Shown: positions 1 to 7,809 of the stretch, in pieces
Numbering within the stretch: position 1 is the first letter of the stretch
Layout: the number at the start of each line of letters is the position of its first letter
Translations under genes and position numbers: made by a program
Notes under the pieces: generated by a model
The model's input: the letters and a program-made list of their open reading frames with translations, nothing else
Database searches by the model: none
What the model was told of the DNA's origin: nothing
Assembly: GCA_030668875.1 (NCBI GenBank)
Contig: DAOVER010000037.1
Location: forward strand, 1-29,630
Origin: Candidatus Heimdallarchaeota archaeon
GTDB taxonomy: Archaea; Asgardarchaeota; Heimdallarchaeia; Heimdallarchaeales; Heimdallarchaeaceae
DNA: 29,630 nt
Direction of reading: 5' to 3'

Positions 1-1
1 T

Positions 2-601
2 TCCTGATTTTTCATTTCTGGGGTCAAAATATCCAGCAACACCTGCAGCATCATCCAAATCTGCTAGAAGTACAGTAACGTGGGGATCATCGTCTATGTC
101 ACCTAGGTACCCGTCAGGATTACCAAAATAAAGGAGATTATTGGGGTAGATTTTATTTTCAAACTCATCTCTCCACGCTTCTGCTCGAGTACGAGCAGTA
201 GAGGCTCCCACTGAACTGATAATACTATTAGTGATATAGATGTAAGAATTAGCACCTATTGCCAACAGTGTAGCGCTTATTTGGCTGTAAATAATATCAT
301 AGAAATCAGTAACTATCCAGAAGGATTCTACATTACCAATCTCCTCATCTTCTTCATCTAAACTAACAACATAATCAGCAGGTGGTTTCTTCTCATTTTT
401 CAGATTTTCTATCAGTTTTAGTATTTGCGTAGGATTAATTGGATTCTCTTTAAGCATTGACTGTACTCTTGGATCCTTGATAATTTTAGCACGTATATCC
501 ACATCAGTTTCCTGATCAAATGACAGTGTATTTGAAGAAACCAAAGGGATGAATAACAATACACATAGTAAGTAGAAAGATACTTTGAGTTTTTTTGACA
601 T
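2..601 (-). CDS. Secreted protein, probable zinc metallopeptidase N-terminal part (M30/hyicolysin-like); truncated by the window edge
   Basis: Not in the ORF track. Manual translation from ATG at 601 (GAGGT RBS upstream) gives MSKKLKVSFYLLCVLLFIPLVSS (signal peptide) ... FENKIYPNNLLYFGNPDGYLGDIDDDPHVTVLLADLDDAAGVAGYFDPRNE, open to the edge. The GDID.DP...LL.D....GYF motif recalls the pre-HEXXH region of M30-like proteases; HEXXH itself is outside the window. Confidence 0.55.
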   Translation of the reverse strand, partial: MSKKLKVSFYLLCVLLFIPLVSSNTLSFDQETDVDIRAKIIKDPRVQSMLKENPINPTQILKLIENLKNEKKPPADYVVSLDEEDEEIGNVESFWIVTDFYDIIYSQISATLLAIGANSYIYITNSIISSVGASTARTRAEAWRDEFENKIYPNNLLYFGNPDGYLGDIDDDPHVTVLLADLDDAAGVAGYFDPRNEKSG

Positions 602-678
602 CAACTAGACCTCGCTTCTGAGAGTACTAAACACATGTGATAATAAAAATGTTGACAAACTATCATTTTTTGAAACTG

Positions 679-1509
679 TTAGAAAGGAGTTCCTGTCATC
701 ATTAGGAAAATTTGGGTAACTAAAGCATTGACTGCTAGAAGGACAACTGCAAGAGTTATTAATTGTATAGAAACGAAGTTTCTTCTTGCATGACCAGCAG
801 CTGCTTTCATTTCTTTACCCCAATAAGTATCATCTTCTCTCTTGAATTCCCAATATTCAATATAATCTTCTTCATCAGATTCTGGATCACATATTATACG
901 TATTTTATCCGAAACTTCTTTACCGTTTTTCCTGATCGCAGTAGCTTCTATAAGCATTGTAACTGTTTTTTTAGGAGGAGATTTGAATATTTTCGGAACT
1001 ATGATATGACTAGTAGTTTCATCAATTTTTCCTTGAATCCTCTTCTCATTTATTGCTATACTTACTGATGTGGGATCAATATCTGAAGAATCGTATTTAA
1101 TTCTTATTTGAAAATTTGAAGGTGTTACAGCTTGATTATCGGGTTCTACTATTCTCATTTTTGGTGGAACATTATATCTACTTAAACCACCCAAACAACC
1201 ACCAATAATTAATAGTAAAGCAGGAACAATTTGAAGTGAGTATTGAAAGAAAATAGATCCACTAAAACCAACAGGAGCTCTAATCATAAGTGAATACGGA
1301 GAGATGTATAGAAAAAAATAAGATCCGCTGAAATCAGTTAGATAATAAAGAAGAATCCATATTAGAAAACTTGGTATCAAAATTATAAGACCCCATTTCA
1401 AAGTGAAAATGGCTATAAGTTTGATTTTTTCCTTGTTTGATAAACTAAAATAATCTATTTTCTTTTTGTTCTTTTTTCTTAGTTTAAGTTTCTCCAATTG
1501 CAACTTCAT
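679..1509 (-). CDS. Hypothetical membrane protein (two N-terminal TM helices, central Ig-like beta domain, C-terminal TM)
   Basis: 276-aa ORF. Hydrophobic segments at about aa 30-70, 90-110 and 248-272; beta-rich middle (NFQIRIKYDSSDIDPTSVSIAINEKRI); starts 2 nt after the upstream stop. Confidence 0.65.
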   Translation of the reverse strand: MKLQLEKLKLRKKNKKKIDYFSLSNKEKIKLIAIFTLKWGLIILIPSFLIWILLYYLTDFSGSYFFLYISPYSLMIRAPVGFSGSIFFQYSLQIVPALLLIIGGCLGGLSRYNVPPKMRIVEPDNQAVTPSNFQIRIKYDSSDIDPTSVSIAINEKRIQGKIDETTSHIIVPKIFKSPPKKTVTMLIEATAIRKNGKEVSDKIRIICDPESDEEDYIEYWEFKREDDTYWGKEMKAAAGHARRNFVSIQLITLAVVLLAVNALVTQIFLMMTGTPF

Positions 1510-1511
1510 CG

Positions 1512-1811
1512 TTAATCACTGACAATATACTTAAAAAGTGCAAAGGAGTAGTAAAACATTAAGAGCGTCATATGAATACCTAAGAAGGTCCACACTGAGA
1601 TTATCTCCCCTTCAAAACCTGTAAAATTAACAAAATCAGAATTTAATGAGAAGACAAGTAAAGAACCTCCTCCAAATAGTAATGCTACACTAAAAGCTAG
1701 TGCAGCCATCATTTTGAAAATGATTAAGTCGAACAATTTATCGGGTTTTTGTTTGGTTTTAGGAGGTTTCTCTATTCTTTGAGGTCTTTCGTCTATAATT
1801 CGTCCTTTCAC
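1512..1811 (-). CDS. Small two-TM membrane protein of unknown function
   Basis: 99-aa ORF with GTG start, basic N-terminus and two hydrophobic helices; co-oriented inside the ABC operon. Confidence 0.6.
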   Translation of the reverse strand: MKGRIIDERPQRIEKPPKTKQKPDKLFDLIIFKMMAALAFSVALLFGGGSLLVFSLNSDFVNFTGFEGEIISVWTFLGIHMTLLMFYYSFALFKYIVSD

Positions 1812-1875
1812 TTCAATCTAAACTCTTTATCTTTACTCATATTGTTATATATTTCGATTTCTATAATTGTATTGG

Positions 1876-2757
1876 TTAATCTTTCTTCACTTCTTTTGAT
1901 AGAACAAAATCATCATCTTGAGATAGAATTATCTTTCCGTTTTCTTCTGTGATAGCAATTTTTTGTTGGACTTCTAATTTATCAATTATATGTCTTGGAA
2001 GTTGAAGCCCCCCATATCGATCAAGGTATACTTGATACATATCGCTAATAGTTTTTAGATCTGCAGTAGGAGAGTATCCGGATATCCTTCCATCGACTAT
2101 CTGAATCAATCTATCAGTCGCTTTAGCTACATCAAAATCATGCGTAACCATTATTGCTGTGATTCCTCGAGTATCATTAAGATGTTTAAAGTATCGAAGC
2201 AATTCTCCTGCGGTTTTTGAGTCTAACTCGCCTGTTGGCTCATCTGCTAGAAGAAGCAATGGTTTGTGTGCTAACGCACATGCAAGTCCCACTCTTTGAA
2301 CTTCACCACCGGAAAGCTGTTTGGGTTTATGATTCATTCTATGATCCATACCCACCTCAGCAAGCATTTCCTTAGCTTCCTTTATTCTCTGCTCTCTAGG
2401 AAGTCCTAGTAGACGCATTGGAATCTCAACGTTCTCAAGAGCAGAAATTTCCCAAATTAAATTTCTGTTAGGGATTTGCCACAAAGTTCCAACACTGAAT
2501 CGTCTGTAATTACTCCTATCTGTTTCTGTATATTGGTCCAATCTAAAATCACCTACTCTTAAGTATCCAGCAGAAGGTTCAGCCATGCCAGCAAGCATCA
2601 ACAATAGTGTTGTTTTTCCACTTCCTGATGGACCAATTATTGAGATAAATTCACCCTGTTCAATATTGAGCTCGACTCCTCTTAAAGCTGGAACTCTCAG
2701 ATTTGATTCTTTAGGATTGTAAATTTTGATTAAATCACGTATTTCTATAAACGACAT
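1876..2757 (-). CDS. ABC transporter ATP-binding protein (LolD/MacB family) with C-terminal AbrB-like extension
   Basis: Walker A GPSGSGKTT, Q-loop LWQ, signature LSGGE, Walker B LLLADEPTG, H-loop VTHD; extra tail YLDRYGGLQLPRHII...ITEENGKIIL. Confidence 0.93.
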   Translation of the reverse strand: MSFIEIRDLIKIYNPKESNLRVPALRGVELNIEQGEFISIIGPSGSGKTTLLLMLAGMAEPSAGYLRVGDFRLDQYTETDRSNYRRFSVGTLWQIPNRNLIWEISALENVEIPMRLLGLPREQRIKEAKEMLAEVGMDHRMNHKPKQLSGGEVQRVGLACALAHKPLLLLADEPTGELDSKTAGELLRYFKHLNDTRGITAIMVTHDFDVAKATDRLIQIVDGRISGYSPTADLKTISDMYQVYLDRYGGLQLPRHIIDKLEVQQKIAITEENGKIILSQDDDFVLSKEVKKD

Positions 2758-2765
2758 ATTATCAC

Positions 2766-5700
2766 CTAGGCTGATTGCCTCAACTCCGTTCCAATTTCTT
2801 CCCTAGAAGAACTAAATGTAGGAATAATAGCACCTAAGAATGCGGCAATCAGTAGAGCACTTATTGATATTAAGAGCTGTACGACTGGTAATCCCATAGA
2901 ATATGGAGGAATTGTTCGATTAGTTGCTAATACTCCCATGAGCATTGTTGAGGTTATATAACCTACTACTAATCCGCAAATTGTAGTAAATACTAAAAGA
3001 GCAATATATACTGCCATATAATATTTGAGCAACTGGTTCGTTGATATACCAATGGCTTTCATCGTTGCTATTTCTCTTGCTTTATCTATTAATTGAATAG
3101 ATGCAAATAATGCAAGAATGATGGCATTTATCGCAAATGACATAATTAATGTAGAATTTATTGCTGAGAAGAGGATAGATGAACGAGGACTGTCTGGTTT
3201 AACAAATATTTTGTCTTCTACATTAGTTACGGTTCCACCAGTAAGTGAAAGAACTTTTGCAGTAACATCACCAAGTGCATAACTTGAATTGCCTTTAATA
3301 AACAGATAATCAATCACATCAAATGGAGCTATTTGGATATGATCCATAAACTCAATATCTGCAACAAAATGATAGAAAATTGACCTAACATTCCCCAAGC
3401 TTAATTCATTAACAAGTACTGGCCAATAATTATAGCTGTCAACAACTGAAACAGACATATTTTCATAGAAAAAGGGAGAACCAATTATTTCTCGCATGCT
3501 CTCATTATAGGCCCTATATGCGATAGCAATTTCATCACCAATATTTTGATTTAACACCCCAAGTTCATCTTTTTGTACAAGAACTTGAAGAGGGTTTTCC
3601 AATTGAGCAAGTAAATCTCCCAAAGGCTTATTAGCAAAATCTTTCCTGAAATAAGCTGTTTGTTCATATTCCGTTATGTTTACCGTTAAGACAGAATATG
3701 TGATGGAAAGATCTCCTTGAACATCTCTAAGATTAACAAATCGTACGATAGTTGATGATTCAACTTCAGTGAGAGCATCAACCTCAGCTTTCAGATATGT
3801 ATTATCAATTGGAAATCCGCGGATAACTATATCTGCTCCTAAATCATAGTATGCACCTTCTGTGTTATAGGATTGATAGGTTGAAGGGATAACTATGGAG
3901 CTAACTACTAAGGAGAAAGATAGAGTCAATATAATTGATGATCTAACAAAACTTTTCTGGTATCTTGAGATTTCTCTTACACTTAGAGAAATAATATCAG
4001 ATTTGAATAGAGTGCTTATCTTCACAATAATCTTAGAGAATAGTGGAAGTAATCTTTGCAGGAAGAGTATTGAACCAAATAGTACAAGAATTGTTGCTGG
4101 TATGCCGACATATTTAGCGGTAAAATCTTGATAGTCTGACAAACCTGGCATTTTGTAAATAACCCATATTATAACACCAAATACAATTAATATTACATCA
4201 ACAAAATATTTGTAATACTTCGGAAGAGATTTCTCAACTTTCCCATAATCTTCTATACTTCTCTTTTTTAGAAGTGTAATCGTGTTCACAATTTGAATTA
4301 ATAGAATCGCTCCCGCACTACCCATCAAAGCTACATATATAGAAGCCAAATCAATTTGAAGCGGAATAGTTGTATTCGAAAATGACAAAAATCCTGAACT
4401 TTTTGTAAGAAGAGCAGAAATGGGTACTCCTACTAGAACACCAAATAACAAGGATACTCCTCCAATTATCAATGATTCCAAAGCTAAATATGAACCTATT
4501 TCACTCCGTTTCGCTCCCCTCTCTGTAAGAATTGTAAGTTGCTGATCACGCTTCTTCCTAACTAAATTAGCTGCATAGACCGTAAGAATGATGGTTAACG
4601 CAATAATTGGAGATAAGAAGGCATACATAAATGTTTGATACAGATTATACTCACCTTGGAATTTTTCTAATAAATCAACTAAATATGAATTAATTCTAAC
4701 TTGTGTGTAGGATTCAAGTATCAAATACCATTCTTTTAATTCCACACCAACTAATTTTATCGTGTTAATTTCATCCTCCAAATGAAAGGCGTCAATTACT
4801 GTAACATCATAAAATAAGTCCTCGTTAATGGTAGCTAAACCATAAGTCATTACAATTGATTGGAGAATTTCAGCTCCTTGTATCCACCATGTTACTGCTG
4901 CTGCCCGTTCATCTAGTTCTAAAATGTATTCCATGGGGATTCCAATATTAGATCCTAGAACATTATAATCTGCTAGATCATCTAAGAAAACTATACCTGA
5001 AACATTTACTGTCGTGTAAGCATCAGGAACATATAGAGAGGCATCTTTTGTAAGCGAGATTGGGATGTATAGGTTCGTTAAGCTATTAACACGAATAGAT
5101 GAATGATTATAATAATCGTGAGAAACAACTGCCAAAATTTCATAAGGATTTTCAGGAGCTCTGCCTATAGCAATATTATTCGATAGATACGTTCTCAATT
5201 TACCTTCCGTGCCTATAAGAGGTATGTTTGGTAATATCGTTTCATTCGTAATTGGATCAAACGTTCGCGTGAACATACCTCTTTTGAAGAATAAATCTCT
5301 TTGTAGAACTCGATCTGTCATATTTATGTGATTTAGAGCTATAGCTGAAATTCTATCAAAACTATTGTATTGATTGAAACTTTGTTGTATAAATGTTGAT
5401 TCTACTTGTACTTGTATGTAAGTCCTTGGTTCATCAGCAAGGAATAAGTTGAAAGCTTGAAATTGATAAGAGTATATAAAAAACACATATTGTGTGATGA
5501 CAGCAACAGCTAAAGTGACTCCAATCGCTGAAATTAATCCATATTTCCAACCTGCTTTAAACAAAGGCTTGAATAGATGTAAACCAGGAAGGAAAATCAA
5601 TAAAAAGATATCAAAAATTGGGAGAAGGAAAATTGCTATTGGTGCAATAATAAAATATAGAATTTTCCAGAAAATATTAACTTGATCTTCTTTTTTCTTT

Positions 5701-5873
5701 TTTGAAAAAGAAGTAATGAAACTAAAATATGTCCGTGTTACAATAAAAATATTTTGAAGTAATAGATTATAGCGAACACTTTTCTGTGAACTATCTTTCA
5801 TTATCCGAAGGAACTTACAGACATCTATAAGCCTTTTTCTTTGTCCAGTCAGACGCTTATATCTCTTACGCAC
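2766..5873 (-). CDS. FtsX/MacB-like ABC permease with two FtsX repeats and two large extracytoplasmic domains; start codon uncertain
   Basis: Two FtsX signature helices (RKKRDQQLTILTERGAKRSEI and KAREIATMKAIGISTNQL), multiple TM segments, directly upstream of the ATPase with a GGTGA RBS between them. Confidence 0.88.
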   Translation of the reverse strand: MRKRYKRLTGQRKRLIDVCKFLRIMKDSSQKSVRYNLLLQNIFIVTRTYFSFITSFSKKKKEDQVNIFWKILYFIIAPIAIFLLPIFDIFLLIFLPGLHLFKPLFKAGWKYGLISAIGVTLAVAVITQYVFFIYSYQFQAFNLFLADEPRTYIQVQVESTFIQQSFNQYNSFDRISAIALNHINMTDRVLQRDLFFKRGMFTRTFDPITNETILPNIPLIGTEGKLRTYLSNNIAIGRAPENPYEILAVVSHDYYNHSSIRVNSLTNLYIPISLTKDASLYVPDAYTTVNVSGIVFLDDLADYNVLGSNIGIPMEYILELDERAAAVTWWIQGAEILQSIVMTYGLATINEDLFYDVTVIDAFHLEDEINTIKLVGVELKEWYLILESYTQVRINSYLVDLLEKFQGEYNLYQTFMYAFLSPIIALTIILTVYAANLVRKKRDQQLTILTERGAKRSEIGSYLALESLIIGGVSLLFGVLVGVPISALLTKSSGFLSFSNTTIPLQIDLASIYVALMGSAGAILLIQIVNTITLLKKRSIEDYGKVEKSLPKYYKYFVDVILIVFGVIIWVIYKMPGLSDYQDFTAKYVGIPATILVLFGSILFLQRLLPLFSKIIVKISTLFKSDIISLSVREISRYQKSFVRSSIILTLSFSLVVSSIVIPSTYQSYNTEGAYYDLGADIVIRGFPIDNTYLKAEVDALTEVESSTIVRFVNLRDVQGDLSITYSVLTVNITEYEQTAYFRKDFANKPLGDLLAQLENPLQVLVQKDELGVLNQNIGDEIAIAYRAYNESMREIIGSPFFYENMSVSVVDSYNYWPVLVNELSLGNVRSIFYHFVADIEFMDHIQIAPFDVIDYLFIKGNSSYALGDVTAKVLSLTGGTVTNVEDKIFVKPDSPRSSILFSAINSTLIMSFAINAIILALFASIQLIDKAREIATMKAIGISTNQLLKYYMAVYIALLVFTTICGLVVGYITSTMLMGVLATNRTIPPYSMGLPVVQLLISISALLIAAFLGAIIPTFSSSREEIGTELRQSA

Positions 5874-5926
5874 AACTTACTAGTTCATATCACAACAGAT
5901 TGTTATTGTCGGAAAATAGTATTTAT

Positions 5927-5984
5927 GTCGAAAATTCGAATAATTCGAATGATACGAAAAGTTCAAATATTCGAATAGTTCAGA
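5927..5984. repeat. Array of seven TTCGAA-like palindromes at 8-9 bp period in a divergent intergenic region (probable operator array)
   Basis: GTCGAA 5927, TTCGAA 5935, TTCGAA 5944, TACGAA 5953, TTCAAA 5962, TTCGAA 5970, TTCAGA 5979. Confidence 0.65.
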
Positions 5985-6006
5985 TGTTGTCTGGATAATA
6001 TTTGTT

Positions 6007-7239
6007 GTGGTGACTATGGACAAATTTGAGAGACTAGCACGTGAAGCAATCAATGAAAGTGACAGCGTCTCATATACACCTCAAGATCCATTTGTTTCTT
6101 TTGGATTTGAATCTAATCCATTCTTAGATGTATCCCTTGCAGATTTGGAATCTGAAACATTCATAGAACCACGTTTCAAGCAAGTTATACGATACATCAA
6201 CAAAGTCCACAATAGTTTCACACAAAGTTTAGAAAAAAAGCCTAATAACAATGATGGAGTAATAATGGATGGAGTCATATTTGGTTCCAGTCATTCAGGT
6301 ATCAGTACTTTAATTTCTCTTGCTCATCGGTTCATTGTTAAAACATCCAAGAAACTACGAAACACGGTTATTATCGATGCTAAAGAACTGGTTGAATTTA
6401 CAGACCAGCAGTATTCCATTGCTAAATCCATTCAAAATTTTAGAAATATTCTTGCTGAATCTGATTCAGGGGGAGGATCTCTCTCACTTATTATTATTGA
6501 TCATTCAGATTTCATAGTTGAGTTTTTCGAAGATTTTCGTTATGCAATGGAAAGAGATTTTCAGAACACACCAATTGTTTTTATTTTTTCCCATTCAGGG
6601 TGGACACGATTAAAGAACAGTATGGCGTATTCTAATTATGATTTAATTAACCACATAGTTCCTAGTGAAAGAATTAATTCACTGAATGATGAAGAAATTC
6701 TGGAAATTCTTGTTTTAAAACTGTCAAAGAACAAGCAGATACAACAGCCATTCTCTTCAGAGATTCTTAGTTATATAGCCAGCAAATCTAGTGGAAGTTT
6801 GATAAACGCCATCAAGATCTGTTCTAGAGTATGTGAGGATTGCTATTATAATGGCCTAGACATTGCTTCAAAATCACTTGTTAATGACATCATCTCATTT
6901 CTAGGTATCAACTTGAATAAAGATTTTTACAATCTAGTTACTCTAAATGATAATACTCAAACATTCATCTTAGCACTCACATCTATGAAGTCTATTGCTT
7001 ATGACCACGGAATTACCTATGATGATATTATAAACAATTTAGGCATACAAAAAACATCAGCATCTCACCATCTTAAACAGTTGCAAGAGAAGCGATATCT
7101 GCTTAAAAAAACGGTTAGTAGGAAAGCTCATTATCGTTTAAGAGAAGAACTAAAAACAGCTGCAGATACTCATCTAATTACTCGCTTCGAACAAAAAGAA
7201 ACTCATGTTATGCTTGAGAATATTGTTGATTTAATCTAG
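6007..7239 (+). CDS. Cdc6/Orc1-like AAA+ protein with C-terminal winged-helix domain; ATPase motifs degenerate
   Basis: P-loop-like GSSHSGIST (aa 93-101), Walker-B-like LIIIDH (aa 161-166), lid INSLNDEEILEIL and SKSSGSLINAIKIC, C-terminal wHTH ITYDDIINNLGIQKTSASHHLKQLQEKRYL...YRL. Confidence 0.7.
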   Translation: MVTMDKFERLAREAINESDSVSYTPQDPFVSFGFESNPFLDVSLADLESETFIEPRFKQVIRYINKVHNSFTQSLEKKPNNNDGVIMDGVIFGSSHSGISTLISLAHRFIVKTSKKLRNTVIIDAKELVEFTDQQYSIAKSIQNFRNILAESDSGGGSLSLIIIDHSDFIVEFFEDFRYAMERDFQNTPIVFIFSHSGWTRLKNSMAYSNYDLINHIVPSERINSLNDEEILEILVLKLSKNKQIQQPFSSEILSYIASKSSGSLINAIKICSRVCEDCYYNGLDIASKSLVNDIISFLGINLNKDFYNLVTLNDNTQTFILALTSMKSIAYDHGITYDDIINNLGIQKTSASHHLKQLQEKRYLLKKTVSRKAHYRLREELKTAADTHLITRFEQKETHVMLENIVDLI

Positions 7240-7766
7240 TACTTGATCATAAAAGAGTGGTCTGCAATTTTCTTAACACAGGTACTCATCCCTGGTTCAA
7301 ATCCAACTATTATTGTTTCTTTTCCTTTTTCTTTTATTTTCAGCAGTATCGGCGCGGTTCTTGCATGTCTAGACGCTATTACTACGGCATCAATCTTTCG
7401 ACTTTCAATTAGTATATTCATTACTTCAATAGACATTGTTAAATAAATATCATGGGGAGATACGACAGGTTCATATCCGCTATTAGATATTGCTTGAATC
7501 AGCTTTTCTCCTGCATACTCATTGAGTATTACTTTCTTAATAACAGGTTTTCCCAAACCTTTAGTTATCTCATCAATTTCCTCAAGTTTAATGTGTCTAT
7601 CTTTAATTTTCCTGAGAAAATTCGGTCCATCTACGATAATTGCAGTGTTTCTTTCTCCAGATATTCTCTCCCTTAATGCTTGAATGTGGGGGCTGCTTTG
7701 AATCCTATCAATAATTTTTTCTATTAGCTTCCTTTCCTCTTGTGTTTCATGATCTGAATCACTCAT
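7236..7766 (-). CDS. NYN-domain protein (archaeal TIGR00288/DUF88 family), active site partly degenerate
   Basis: AIIVDGPNFLR, KVILNEYAGEKLIQAISNSGYEP, AKEKG-like IKEKGKETIIVGFEPGMS match the family. Start reassigned to MSDSDHET (7766) because the track's N-terminal 28 aa overlap the upstream gene. Confidence 0.8.
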   Translation of the reverse strand: MSDSDHETQEERKLIEKIIDRIQSSPHIQALRERISGERNTAIIVDGPNFLRKIKDRHIKLEEIDEITKGLGKPVIKKVILNEYAGEKLIQAISNSGYEPVVSPHDIYLTMSIEVMNILIESRKIDAVVIASRHARTAPILLKIKEKGKETIIVGFEPGMSTCVKKIADHSFMIKY

Positions 7767-7809
7767 TAGAATCCCATGCAAAATAAATGAAAAAAGAAAG
7801 TATATAATT

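Noticed and set aside
763-5685. Short plus-strand ORFs 763..1068, 1749..1952, 3895..4131 and 5494..5685
   Set aside because: Antisense shadows of well-supported minus-strand genes; no motifs or RBS.
5927-5984. CRISPR array, canonical ORB origin or eukaryotic heat-shock element reading of the TTCGAA array
   Set aside because: No spacers or cas genes; no ORB G-string consensus; the TTC and GAA halves mostly abut instead of showing HSE nGAAnnTTCn spacing.
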